Assembly (NCBI RefSeq): GCF_009914755.1
Contig: NC_060925.1
Origin: the human T2T-CHM13v2.0 reference genome, Homo sapiens
Direction: 5' to 3' (one strand)
DNA: 64,000 nt
In this document: positions 1 through 17,529 of the stretch, one piece after another
Layout of the letters: every line of letters begins with the position of its first letter
Position numbering within the stretch: position 1 is the first letter of the stretch
The notes under the pieces: model-generated
Databases searched by the model: none
Seen by the model: the letters and a program-made list of their open reading frames with translations, nothing else
Told to the model about the DNA's origin: nothing
Made by a program: the position numbers and the translations under genes

Positions 1-1
1 G

Positions 2-220
<219 letters not shown>

Positions 221-384
221 TGATCCACCCACCTCAGCCTCCCAAAGTGTAATTTTTGTATTTTTAGTAGAGACAGGGTTTCACGATGTTGGAGGAGGCT
301 GGCCTCGAACTCCTGACCTCAAGTGATCTGACCACCTTGGCCTTCCACAGTGCTGGGTTTACAGGCATGAGCAGCCGGGCCCGG

Positions 385-640
385 TCAGGTGCATCTTAAA
401 GGAAGCACACGGTCATGTGTTTCAGGCACGTGCTGACTGTGAGTGGGAAAACAAAGGTGACTCAGCTGGGGGCAGGACTGGGTGAAAATGCTGACTTGGC
501 ATCGATGAGGCCTTCAGGGACCTGTTTCCTAGACTCAGAAATGGAACCTGAAGTTCTTGAGTGATGCAGAAGTTACCCTCACAAGGATGGTTATGTAAAA
601 ATGTCAAAAATAAATGGAATCTGAATGGAAACTTTCTGGT
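385..640 (+). terminator. Distal 3' UTR and poly(A) signal of the upstream PRAME-family gene (CDS lies before the window; probably PRAMEF17)
   Basis: Blocks GCATCTTAAAGG...TGTGAGTGGGAAAAC, AGACTCAGAAATGGAACCTGAAGTTC and GTAAAAATGTCAAAAATAAA resemble the PRAME 3' UTR as I recall it. AATAAA lies at 609-614, followed by T/GT-rich sequence. The gene identity is inferred from cluster order. Confidence 0.6.
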
Positions 641-1553
641 GTCTTCCATGATTGATCAACCTGTTTTAGACATTTATACATCAGAAATCTCTAGTTACTG
701 ATGAGAGATACTACATCATCTGTGATCGAGGTTCAGCTGCAGCAAATCAAGGCATCAAAACTGAAATGTGATCATTTTGATTAATTCTCACCCATTTTTT
801 ACTTCCCTTCAGTCATCTGTTTCTTCCTTACTTTCTCCCATGCCTGTTCACTGGGTTCATTTACAAAGGATGCACACTTGGGGCCTGGAACATTCTGTGT
901 GGGCAGTGATGATGAGCCACTGAAATCTACCCTCTTCTCAAGGGCCCTCACTGCTCCCCAGATACTGAGACCCTGCTCACTCCTAATGGACAGATCCAGA
1001 GGAATCCATTCCTGATCTTTGGCCATGCCAGGAAATGGCTTCACTGCACCACGGGCTGCCCCCTGACCTTGAAGGGAATGGCCATAGTGTGTATTGCAGG
1101 AGCCTCATGACATCACCAACCCTTGCCTGTCCTCAAGGTGGCTGGTGGGCTTCACTGAATTAAAGTGGTTGTGTCCAATTTCCCTTTTAGAAAAATGCAT
1201 ATTACATATTCTAAATATTTCTAGTCCACATTAATAGAAAAATACATCTTTGGAAAGCTAATTCATACCAATGAGATATCTTCCTATAACATCTCCCTTC
1301 TCTCCTTATCAAGAAACACAAGAGACCAGGGCACTGACCTGTAGGCAGCATTCCTGGGCTGCCTTGAGAATCTCTTTGGAACTTGCCCCTGTGGGCCAGG
1401 AAGCTCTCTGATGGTTCACTGAGGTGAAGCTGGGCTCACTGTGTTGTCCCAGTTGATCTCAAACTCCTAGACTCAAGTATTTCTCCTATCTTGGCCTCCC
1501 AAAGTGCTGGAATTACAGGCATGAGCCACCATGCCTAGTCTTACTATTTTTCT

Positions 1554-2982
1554 TTCTTTTTTTTTTTTTTAATTGATCATTCTTGGGTGTTTCTCGCAGA
1601 GGGGGATTTGGCAGGGTCATAGGACAATAGTGGAGGGAAGGTCAGCAGATAAACAAGTGAACAAAGGTCTCTGGTTTTCCTAGGCAGAGGACCCTGCGGC
1701 CTTCCGCAGTGTTTGTGTCCCTGGGTACTTGAGATTAGGGAGTGGTGATGACTCTTAAGGAGCATGCTGCCTTCAAGCATCTGTTTAACAAAAACATCTT
1801 GCACCGCCCTCAATCCATTCAACCCTGAGTGGATACAGCACATGTTTCAGAGAGCACAGGGTTGGGGGTAAGGTCATAGATCAACAGGATCCCAAGGCAG
1901 AAGAAGTTTTCTTAGTACAGAACAAAATGAAAAGTCTCCCATGTCTACTTCTTTCTACACAGACACAGCAACCATCCGATTTCTCAATCTTTTCCCCACC
2001 TTTCCCCCTTTTCTATTCCACAAAACCGCCATTGTCATCATTGCCCGTTCTCAATGAGCTGTTGGGTACACCTCCCAGACGGGGTGGTGGCCGGGCAGAG
2101 GGGCTCCTCACTTCCCAGTAGGGGCGGCCGGGCAGAGGCGCCCCCCACTTCTCGGACGGGGCGGCCGGCCGCGTGGGGGCTGACCCCCCACCTCCCTCCC
2201 AGACGGGTTGGCTGCCGGTCGGAGACGCTCCTCACTTCCCAGATGGGGCGGCTGCCGGGCGGAGGGGCTCTTCACTTCTCAGACGGGGCGGCTGGGCAGA
2301 GGCGCTCCTCACATCCCAGACGGGGCGGCGGGGCAGAGGCGCTCCCCACATATCAGACGATGGGCGGCCGGGCAGAGACGCTCCTCACTTCCTAGATGGG
2401 ATGGCGGCCGGGAAGAGGCGCTCCTCACTTCCTAGATGGGATCGCGGCCGGGCAGAGACGCTCCTCACTTTCCAGACTGGGCAGCCAGGCAGAGGGGCTC
2501 CTCACATCCCAGATGATGGGCGGCCAGGCAGAGACGCTCCTCACTTCCCAGACGGCGTGGCCGCCGGGCAGAGGCTGCAATCTCGGCACTTTGGGAGGCC
2601 AAGGCAGGCGGCTGGGAGGTGGAGGTTGTAGGGAGCCGAGATCACGCCACTGCACTCCAGCCTGGGCACCATTGAGCACTGAGTGAACGAGACTCCGTCT
2701 GCAATCCCGGCTCCTCGGGAGGCCGAGGCTGGCGGATCACTCGCGGTTAGGAGCTGGAGACCAGCCCGGCCAACACAGCTAAACCCCATCTCCACCAAAA
2801 AAATACGAAAGCCAGTCAGGCGTGGCGGCGCGCACCTGCAATCGCAGGCACTCGGCAGGCTGAGGCAGGTGAATCAGGCAGGGAGGTTGCAGTGAGCCAA
2901 GATGGCAGCAGTACAGTCCAGCTTCGGCTCGGCATCAGAGGGAGACCGTGGAAAGAGAGGGAGAGGGAGAGGGAGAGGGAGG
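1554..2982 (-). mobile_element. Full-length SVA retrotransposon
   Basis: Poly(T) at about 1554-1570, SINE-R at about 1571-2065, GC-rich VNTR at about 2070-2570, Alu-like domain at about 2570-2950 and (AGAGGG)n hexamer at about 2955-2982. A perfect TSD CTATTTTTCT flanks it at 1544-1553 and 2983-2992. Confidence 0.97.
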
Positions 2983-2992
2983 CTATTTTTCT

Positions 2993-4770
<1,778 letters not shown>

Positions 4771-5098
4771 TCTGTTGGTTTTTTATTTTTATTTTTTCAG
4801 AGACAGGGTCTTGCAATGTTGCCCAGGTTGGCTTTGAACTTCTGGCCTCAAGTGATCCTCCTACCTCAGACTCTCAAAGTGCTGGGATTACAGATGTGAG
4901 TTACTGCACCTGATCTACTGAGTAAACTAGAATCCTCACAAGGAAGCTATGACTCTGGGTTACCTGATTTATATCAGTTGACACACATGTATTAGGACCT
5001 GGGAAAGCTTAAAAATGAATGACTACATCATTCCCTCAAAAGCTACTTCTAGGGATGACCCAAAAGATGCAGCAATCCCCACTGCCTTCCCATGATAG

Positions 5099-5251
<153 letters not shown>

Positions 5252-5576
5252 TGAGACCACAGATGGACACCATCACAACTGGCTAATTTTTTTTTATTTT
5301 TATAGGGATGGGGCCTCACTCTGTTGGCTAGGCTGGTCTCGAACTCCTGGTCTTCAGCGATACTCCTGCCTTGGCATCCAAAAGTGCTGGGATTAGTCTT
5401 GAGTCGCCACACTCAGCCAACTGGTTTATTATTGAATCATGTAAACAGAAGACAGGTGTATCAGTTTTTGATTCCAAGTCTAGAATGGTAATTTCCTTTG
5501 TAAAACATTCTGGTCCTATAATAACTAGGGAGTATTTCCTGCTAGAACTGAAGGGCTCTGACAACTTTACTCATTA

Positions 5577-5825
<249 letters not shown>

Positions 5826-6439
5826 TCACGAGATCAGGAGTTCGAGAGCAGCCAGGTCAACATAGTGAAACCCCACCTCTACTAAAAATACAAAAATTAG
5901 CCAGGCTTGGTGGTATGTGCCTGTAGTTCCAGCTACTCGGAAGGCTTAGGCAGGAGAATTGCCTCAACTTGGGAGGCGGAGGTTACAGTGAGCCAAGATC
6001 ACGCCACTGCACTCCAGCCAGGGCGACAGAGGGAGACTCTGTCTCAAAAAAAAAAAAAAAAAAAAAGAAGTTACTGATATTGCCGAATTGGTCACCACAG
6101 GAGAACATTTTAAGAGATTTCTAGAACATAAAAGTATCCAATGCTGAACGAAAAGAATGCAAAGGATAATAAAGTGTTTGCAGCTAAAACAGCTGAAGGG
6201 ACAAGAGCAAGGGGAGCTCCCCTTACTATTAAAACTCATATTCAGTTCGTTGGAAACAGGGAAACCCTGCTCAAGTTGCCTGCCACCTTTGAAATAGTCA
6301 GGCCATTGGAATGAAAATTGTCCGCATTTGCACCAGGTCTCTACTGGACCGAACCCTTTTGGCCCAGACATTGTTTGATCTCATTAGAGGAGATTTCTTT
6401 TTTTCTTTTCTTTTTCTTTCTTTTTTTTTTTTTCTTTGA

Positions 6440-6654
<215 letters not shown>

Positions 6655-7244
6655 TGATCCCCCTGCCTCAGCCTCCCGAAGTGCTGAGGTTACAGGTGTG
6701 AGCCCCAGCACCTGGCTAGAGTTCATTTCTGACGGCTCCATATTGATGGAACTTCAGATAACTCTCTGGTAAATTATTTTCTATAAAACACTTAAATAAA
6801 AATGGAGAAGCTGAGATCCAGATCAACGTGGACTTAGAAACAGAGTTGGTGGATACCAGCGCTGCCATATCCAGTTTACACCCAATATATCAGCAAATTC
6901 CTTGGAGTAAGGAAAATATTTGTGAGGAGAGGTTTCTAATGAAGTTTCGAAAATTCCTGTGTTTGAAGCAGTCCAAATGACATTTGGACCATTTTTAGGA
7001 AAGTATGCCTTTTTACTAAGTCTCAACAGGGGATGAGATTTGCTTTCTAAGTCAAGGTGATGCGTAAAGCTTTCTTTGGAGGGAAAGAAAGCTTTCTCTC
7101 TAGAGTTTCTTTCTAGAGTTTCCTGACCTTCCTTAACCTGAACTGCTTGGTTCCCTAGAAGCAGAAATTGATCATATTGGAACCCAAACTTATACCAACC
7201 TTGACCTTCGTGAAGTACTCAAGTGTTTTGGCTCTTCTTCCTTA

Positions 7245-7559
<315 letters not shown>

Positions 7560-8497
7560 TCAAAATAAATAAATAAATAAATAAAATAAATCAAAAATAA
7601 ATAAATGCTTTAAAGAAAAAAGAAATAAACTTTACCTATAAGTTTCATATGCAATTGAATACCTATTAAATTTTGACACAATCCAGCCAGGCATGGCAGC
7701 TCACGCCTGTAATCCCAGCACTTTGGGAGGCTGAGGCAGGCAGATCACGAAGTCAGGAGATTGAGACCATCCTGGCTAACCTGGTGAAATCCCGTCTCTA
7801 CTAAAAATACAAAAAATTAGCTGGGCATAGTGGCATGCGCCTGTAGTCCCAGCTCCCCAGAGGCTGAGGCACAAGAATCACTTGAACCCACGAGGCGGAG
7901 GTTGCAGTGAGTTGAGATCCTGCCACTGAACTCCAGGCTAGTGACAGAGAGAGACTCTGCCTCAAAAAAGAGAAAAATTTGACAGGAACCAACATTTTTC
8001 AACATGTAGGCTAATGTCTTACAAAATCCTTTTCCTGTCACCTTCAAATCTCCATCTCAAATGCTACACTCTGCATAACTCAGCCACTTTGTTGCCATTT
8101 TCCGATGATGGAGAAGACCATACATGTGTGTGTGTGATATCAGGACTATTGACTCCTCCTATTGATGTTTAAGATATTCCATTACACAAACCTGGGTTCA
8201 TACTTTTTGTTGACAGATCTTATGCCAAAAATATAGGAGAAAAATAATGCTATAACTTCTCAAGATGAACTCACAGAGATGGAAATTCTTTCACAATTTA
8301 TTTTTCCAATTTTTTTTTTCTTTTTTTTGAGACCAAGTCTCACTCTGTCGCAAGGCGGGAGTGCAGTGGCGCGATCTCCACTCATGCCTCCCGAGTAGCT
8401 GGGACTACAGTGGCGTGTCACCAAGCCCAGCTAATTTTTGTATTTTTAGTAGAGACAGGGTTTCACCATGTTGGCTAGGATGGTCTCGATCTTTTGA

Positions 8498-8801
<304 letters not shown>

Positions 8802-9103
8802 TGATCTGCCCGCCTTGGCCTCCCAAAGTGCTGGAATTACAGGCTGAGCCACCGCACCTGGCCTATTTTTCCTGTTTTAAAAAGCTAGCTAATTCTTTTG
8901 TGTTTATTTCAGAGTTTATATCAGAACAATTTACAGTAATATACACCCCTACTAGAGCTTGTCATATAGTAAAAGACAAAGTAGTTAATACTTTTACAAA
9001 CAGTAGATATGCCTTTGGAGTGACTGATAATTTTAAAATATTATGTAAACAATGAGAATTTCTCACTTCTAGTGGAAGTATATCAAATATGGACCAAGAG
9101 TGA

Positions 9104-9352
<249 letters not shown>

Positions 9353-11581
9353 TGATCCACCTGCCTCGGCTTCCCAAAGTGCTGGGATTACAGGTGTGAG
9401 CCACTGCATCCAGCATCCTCAAACTTTGTTGTTGTTGTTGTTGTTTTTGTTGTTGTTGTTTGAGACAGAGTCTTGCTCTGTCCCCCAGGCTGGAGTGCAG
9501 TGGTTCCATCTCGGCTCTCTGCAACCTCTGCCTCCTGGGTTCAAGCGATTTTCCTGACTCAGCCTCCTGAGTAGCTGGGATTACAAATGCACACTACCAC
9601 GTCCAGCTAATTTTTTTTGTATTTTTAGTAGAGATGGGGTTTCACCATGTCGGTCAGTCTGGTCTCGAACTCCTGACCTCAGGTCACCTACCCGCCTTGG
9701 CCTTCCAAAGTGCTGGGATTGCAGGTGTGAGCCACCGCGCCCGGCCAGAAGATGTCAGGTTTTACCTTTCCTTATAGAAATAGTGTTTTACTGTGATATT
9801 GATCATCTCACTTTTTTCCACTTAACTGTAAATCTTGAGGATTTGTCCTCATTTTAATTAGCTGGCATAGAGTAGTTTATAAAATGAATGGTGCACAGTT
9901 TAACCTTTTGCCTGTTCATGTACATTTATTTTACTATTATGGATCATGTGGTACTAAAATTCCTTGTCTACACTAAAGTTTCTCTTTGGCTTCTCAAAGC
10001 TTTCCCTCTATTTATCCCATCTCTTATGGATCATCAATTTTCTTGTCTCTGATAAATCATTTTCATCAGCTTATGACCAGGCCCTTCACAGTCTTTCATT
10101 TTGAAAATGAAGCAAAAGGAAAAGAAAGAAAAACTGTGCTTGCTGCCATAGGAGTCTCTAGCCAGCATTCATTTCTTCCCATTTCCAGCAGAATTTCTCC
10201 CAAGTGTTCTGGGCTGGGTGTAGTGACTCACCCCTGTAATACTAGTACTTTGGGAGGCCAAGGCAGGCAGATCACTTGAGCTCAGGAGTTCAAGACCAGC
10301 CTGGGCAACATGGTGAAATCCGGTCTGTACAAAAAATTAGCCAGGTGTGGTGGTGCACACCTGTAGTCTCAGCTACTTAGGGGGCTGAGGCTGGAGGATG
10401 GCTTGAGCCCAGGAGGTCAAGGCTGCAGTGAGGCAAGATAGTGCCATGGCACTCCAGTCTGGGTGACAAAGTGAGACCCTGTCTCACAAAAAAAAAAAAA
10501 AAAAAGGAATTCTGCACATTCCAATCACGATCTCTTAGTCTCTCATATATTCTCAGTATAATTTTCATTATATTCAAATACACAGAAAAGTATACTGAGT
10601 AATACATAAAACACAAAGTTACTCACACCCAGATTTATTGTTAACATTTTGCCTATTTGCTTCAGATTTCCCCAGATGAATAACCTTCCAGAAGAATCTT
10701 CCTGTATGACCCTCCCTTATTGCTGCAGTCTTGTCTCTTCCTTTCTGCCCAGACAAAACCACTTTCTTGAATTTGTTATATACTGGCTGAGCACGGCGGC
10801 TCATGCCTGTTATCCCAGCACTTTGGGAGGCCGAGGCGGGAGGATCACTTGAGGTCAGGCATTTGAGACCCGCCTGGCCAACATGGTGAAACCACATCTC
10901 TACTAAGAATACAAAAATCAAATTACATGCGTATAATCCCAGCTACTCAGGAGACTGAGACAGGAGAACCGCTTGAATCCAGGAGGCAGAGATTGCAGTG
11001 AGCCGAGATCCCACCACTGCATACCAACCTGGGCAACCAAGTGAGACTCTGTCTCAAAAAAATAAACAAATAAATTCTAATCAGAGACCTCACTCCCACA
11101 AATCTCTAGGCTCAGACAATTTCCATGTGATTTCTTCCACACTGTCAGTTATGTTTTTTTGGTTTGTTTGTTTTGTTTTTGTTTTGAGACGGAGTCTTGC
11201 TCTGTCGCCCAGGTTGAAGTGCAACGGCAAAATCTCTGCTCACTGCAAACTCCGCCTCCAGACTCAAGTGATTCTCCTGCCTCAGCCTCTGGAGTAGCTG
11301 AGAGTACAGGCACCCATCACCACACCTGGCTAATTTTTACATTTTTAGTAGAGATGGGGTTTAACCATGTTGGCTAGGCTGGCCTCAAACTCCTGACCTG
11401 AAGTGATCTGCCTGCCTCGGCCTCTCAAAGTGCTGGTATTAGAGGTGTGAGCCACTGCACCCAGCCGGTATTTTCTGTCTTATATAAGATGTTCCAGAAA
11501 GAAAGGCAAATATGGAAAGCTGTCTAATTCATTTCATGAGAGAGCTGTAACCTATGTTTTAAAAATGAATAAGGATATTAG

Positions 11582-11974
<393 letters not shown>

Positions 11975-12244
11975 TAATGGATATAATAGCCATTCTGGGA
12001 ATTCCAGACAATCACAGAAAAATCTAAGTGTAATTCACCACACTGGCAAACTAAAGGGGGAAAAGCAAGGTTCCTACAAAATGCAGAAAAGAATAGCAGA
12101 AAAATCAAATTAAATTTATAACATATTTTGGGAAATGAAATGTATGTTAAAAACTTGCATTAAACATCAGATGTAATGGATAAACATTAGCTCCCTTCCT
12201 ACTGAGATATGAAACAAGGTAAGACCCTCAGCAACTTAGGATTT

Positions 12245-12490
12245 AGAGGCCCATAGGTATTTTGGTCAGTAGTAAAGACTTCAGATCCAGACTGATTAAT
12301 TTAGGTTCAAAACTGGCTCAGTGGCCAATGGCCATGTGACCTCCAACTTCCTTAACCTCTCTGTGCCTCAGCTCACTCACCCATAAAATGGGATAATCAC
12401 AATATTGACTTCACAGAGTGCTATGAGTTCATCTATTTAAGTACTTCAAGGTGGATTTGACATAAGACAAGCAATAGTATTTTTATTGTT
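12245..12490 (+). mobile_element. MIR SINE
   Basis: MIR core: ATGTGACCTCCAACTTCCTTAACCTCTCTGTGCCTCAGCTCACTCACCCATAAAATGGGATAAT. Confidence 0.75.
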
Positions 12491-12595
12491 ATTATATTTG
12501 AAAAATATATTAGTTAAAAACTTAGGTTAAAAACCAAGGTCTATAGTTAAGGTGATTATAAGCCTAAATACACCCCTGTTGTTCTGAAAATCTTA

Positions 12596-12751
<156 letters not shown>

Positions 12752-12754
12752 TCA

Positions 12755-12997
<243 letters not shown>

Positions 12998-13279
12998 CTA
13001 TAGCATATACGTGGATTAAAATAAATACAACTACAAAATGCAAGTATATATTCTATATACTTTCCATATACTTATATTTTATGAGGTCACATGCAAATTC
13101 AAGGTTAGGTCAAAGAGTAGAGTGGCTGTCTATGGAAAGGGGAGTGGAAGTGAATCATGGTAATAAAAGGAAATAGATACAGATATAAATATAGATATGA
13201 ATAGATAGACATACACATATATAGCTGCAAAAAAGGGGATTGTCATGGACCAATGATGACAGTGAGCCATGAAAAAAGG

Positions 13280-14090
13280 CTACAATTCTTGTGATTGTGT
13301 GTCTGTTTGCAGGATGGGTTATAGCTTCCTTTTTTAGAAAGGCTGATACCACAGTCATAGCAAATAAATGATTATTTTTCTCTCTTTTTGTATTTTTTTT
13401 TATAAATGAGTATAAAATATGTTTCCTTTCTGGGGCATCTCCGGAGAAGTCTCCAATGGTAGGAGAACTCAGTGTACTGGGCAGGTTATCACACAGATAA
13501 GATCTTACAGATCCAATGGCCCTACCATTAACTTCATTATCCTTGGTATTCTACAAAGGTTGAGTGAACAAATGGTATCTTGAAACTAAAATTAGCTAAA
13601 CTAACAAAGAAGACTGGATTACTTTTTTTTTTTTTTTTGAGACAGAGTCTCTGTTGCCCAGACAGGAGTACAGTGGTGCTGTCTTGGCTCACTGAAACCT
13701 CTGCCTCCTGGGTTCAAGTGATTCTCATGCCTCAGCCTCCCAAGTGGCAGGAATTACAGGTGTGCCACCACACCCAGCTAATTTTTGTATTTTTAGTAGA
13801 AACCGTGTTTCACCATGTTGGCCAGGCTGATCAACTTGCCTCAAGTGATCCGCCAGCCTTGGCCTCCCAAATTGCTGGGATTACAGGCGTGAGCCACCAC
13901 GCCCAGCAAAACTGTATTACTTTAATGAAAAGTTTTACCACCGCTGTGGGAAAACACAGACAGAGCCCTCATAAGGTATTTTTTTTCACCAACTACAATC
14001 AGAAGCACTGATGATACAGTATTTACTATAGAACCTATGCCTTTGATAATAGAACTTCCTGTATCCCCTGCACTTTTTAGCTCTGATTGT
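13280..14090 (+). pseudogene. Decayed ERV1 (MER4-group-like) pol integrase core fragment, Alu-interrupted
   Basis: Manual translation across frameshifts and stops gives ILVIVCLFAGWVIASF..RKADTTVIANK / MFPFWGISGEVSNGRRTQCTGQVITQI / LQIQWPYH*LHYPWYSTKVE*TNGILKLKLAKLTKKTGL / TAVGKHRQSPHKV. These match the class I retroviral integrase motifs (FSGWVEAFP, WGIP..ISSDRG.HFT, YHPQSSGKVERTNG.LK). Confidence 0.8.
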
Positions 14091-14346
14091 GTAACCAGAG
14101 GATCAGCTTGAACGCTTAACCATTGCTTAAGTTGTTACAGGTGATGATGCAAAGCCCAAATTGCTCAGGCATGTCCAATGGGGAAAAGGTTTAACCTCTT
14201 AACTGCTAACACCACCAGCCTGGCAGACTGTATGAACTGGCATCACCTGAAACCAGCTGGAAAGGTCATGAGAGCTTGCTTCACCATCCCCAGATTGGGG
14301 AAGGCAGGTTTCGACCTTGTCTCCTATCTCCTTGTCAGTTAACTCT

Positions 14347-14378
<32 letters not shown>

Positions 14379-14380
14379 GA

Positions 14381-14703
<323 letters not shown>

Positions 14704-14764
14704 TAAAATTCATAGAAATATTTTTTCTTCTCACCCCAATCTAAACCATTACCATGCAGCCTGG

Positions 14765-15470
14765 TGTCAATGGAAGTTAGGGCTCTTGAGGCAGAAATAA
14801 TTAATAAAGCTTCATTGGAAGCTAAATGTGAGGATCGACCTGGAAGACACACACTGACAAAGTGGGTGTGTCCCAAAGTCTGTTACAAGTTGGAATGTTT
14901 TTGTGAGAAATGTTAAAAGAAGGGAATGGGGCTCCTCCTATCAGTTTGTTTGTTTTTTTTAATTTGCTTCTGTTTCTTGATCTGGCAAGCCTCAAATAGA
15001 GTTGTTTTTTCAGTGTGTCTTTTCCATTGGAAGGTATAATACAGAGGCTACAATCATTGGCTTTAGATGACAACATAACAGGCTTACATTTTCCTTGCAA
15101 GACAACCAGCAAAACTTCATGATCAGAATCAAATCAGTGTCCTTCTCACCGTCTGTAGGTGAAGCCTTCATCAGTACTTGAAGAGTTTGAGTCACTCATG
15201 AACTCATGATCAGATTCTTTACTCAGGGACAGGATGTAAGCCAATCGTAAGACCTTCCGCAGGTGGTTAATTTGGAAGCCTGCCCAATGTGACCTGCAGG
15301 TTTTCACTGGCAATATGCAGGTGCAGATATGACAAAGAATAACCATGACCTTCATATCACCCCCAGCTGGTTAGGAATGGGATCCTTTTGACCCTTTCTC
15401 TCCATAAAACCAGGTTACACATCTTGTGTGGCGACAAAATATATGGTCTGCTTAACAGAGAAAGAGACTG
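14765..15470 (-). mobile_element. Probable ERV1 LTR (MER34/LTR29/LTR48-like)
   Basis: The minus-strand end reads ...GTCGATCCTCACATTTAGCTTCCAATGAAGC...TTCCATTGACA, resembling the R/U5 end of this LTR group. The right boundary is uncertain. Confidence 0.45.
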
Positions 15471-15807
15471 TAAAAAAATAAAAATAAAAAAATAAGGATT
15501 TTTATTATGAAATGAGCAAAGCAATGGGAATAAATGTGAGATTATCCAGGGAGGTAAAGGAAGACAAAGATTTGAAAGGAAAAATAAGGAAGATTACATA
15601 AACTGTTTTGAAAGACTCATCCTTGCTCATAAGGTTCAAAACCAAGGGGTCATCCAGTGCAATGTTGGATAGATTCCTCCTCCACCACCTCAATAACCCA
15701 CAACATGTTTACCAAGTCTTGGTTCACTCCCAGGATCCAATTAAAACACCCAGCTCAACCCTGCCCAGCCCCCACCCTCACTTCCCTTCGTAATTTTGAC
15801 ATGACTT

Positions 15808-16385
15808 TATTACAGGACCATCAGGTTCCTATGCCTGCTGCACAGTAGCTTAGCAATATTCTGAGACAGCAGGGTTTGCAGCAGAGAGTTTAATGATCAC
15901 AGAGTGGCTGAATGATAAGCTAGGAGGAGATCCTCAAATTCATCTCCCCAAGGATTACTCAGGGTTTTCAGGGGATCATGGATAGCAAGCGGCTGGAAAG
16001 TTGGTGTAGTTTGGTGGCAGTAAGAGGTATGAAGTCATCAGGATGTCAAAACTGCATTCTTTGGTGAGTTGGTGCCTTGCAGAGCCCTTCAGATCAGCTG
16101 GCATCAGTAGTTTCACTGACATGCAGAACCTGAAAGAATATGTCAAATGAAAAAGCTAATGTTTTACAATGCTTAAATTGTCGTCTGCAGGGCAGTTAAG
16201 GGGAACTGTAATCTAAGGTCTACATGATTTTGGGACAGTAGGCTGCCAGCAACCATGAGGAAGCAGGTCAGAGAGCAAGCTGACCTCCTGATGAATGCTG
16301 AATGCACTGCAAGCTTGGTTTGTTTTGGTTTCTCCCCCTCCCTTCTTCACTGATTAAATTTATAAAGTTTAGAAATACGGTTTCA
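15808..16385 (-). mobile_element. ERV1 solo LTR (LTR54/LTR48-like)
   Basis: The minus strand begins TGAAACCG...AAACTTTATAAATTTAATCAGTGAAGAAGGGAGGGGGAGAAAC. An imperfect 4-bp TSD (ACTT/ATTT) flanks it. Confidence 0.7.
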
Positions 16386-17019
16386 ATTTCTTCCAGACAA
16401 GCCTTAACCTAAGCCCTGAGACCACTCACGCCCTCAGTGGCACCTCTCTTCCACCAGAACAAGCGTATAATCTGCTACATTAGGTGATATAAAACCCACA
16501 AGACCATTCGATACAAGGAGATTTTTATTCTTATTTTGTAGGGATGACACCTTTGTTTTTATAAAGCTATTTTAACTATAAAGCATTTTTTTTTTTTTGA
16601 GATGGAGTCTTGCTCTGTCACCCAGGCTGGAGTGCCTCAGCCTCCTGAGTAGCTGCGATTACAGGCACATGCCACCAAGCCCAGCTAATTTTTGTATTTT
16701 TAGTAAAGACCAGGTTTCACCATGTTGGTCAGGCTGGTCTCGAACTCCTGACCTCATGATCCACCCACCTTGGCCTCCCACAGTGCTGGGATTACAGGTG
16801 TGGGCCACCGCACCCGGCCACTATAAAGTATTTTTATAATTTTGATGTGGCCAAAGATCTCCTAACAATACTCCTTTCAGATTTTATTTTTCTCTTTAAT
16901 GTCTCGAACAGATCAAACCGTTCCCTGCCTCACACTCAGGACTATGCAGGTCACATATTAGTAAAATTCCATCAGTGTTTGTGGAGTTCATGAATGAATG
17001 AATTTTTTTTTTTTTTTGA

Positions 17020-17452
<433 letters not shown>

Positions 17453-17529
17453 TGAATTCTTGACTTCCACTCTATCCCTAATACTGTCACTTTCTTGATT
17501 CATGAAATGAATATGGATATCTGGTATGA

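Noticed and set aside
1577-1843. 88-aa minus-strand ORF MCCIHSGLNGLRAVQDV...
   Set aside because: Generic SVA SINE-R translation.
2070-2570. Regularly spaced repeats (GCTCCTCACTTCCCAGA...) resembling a CRISPR array
   Set aside because: This is the SVA VNTR: the units are tandem and mutually similar, with no unique spacers and no cas genes.
16429-16441. CTCF-like GCCACTGAGGGCG (minus strand)
   Set aside because: It has a one-base deletion in the core relative to CCACTAGAGGGCG, so it is probably non-functional in this copy.
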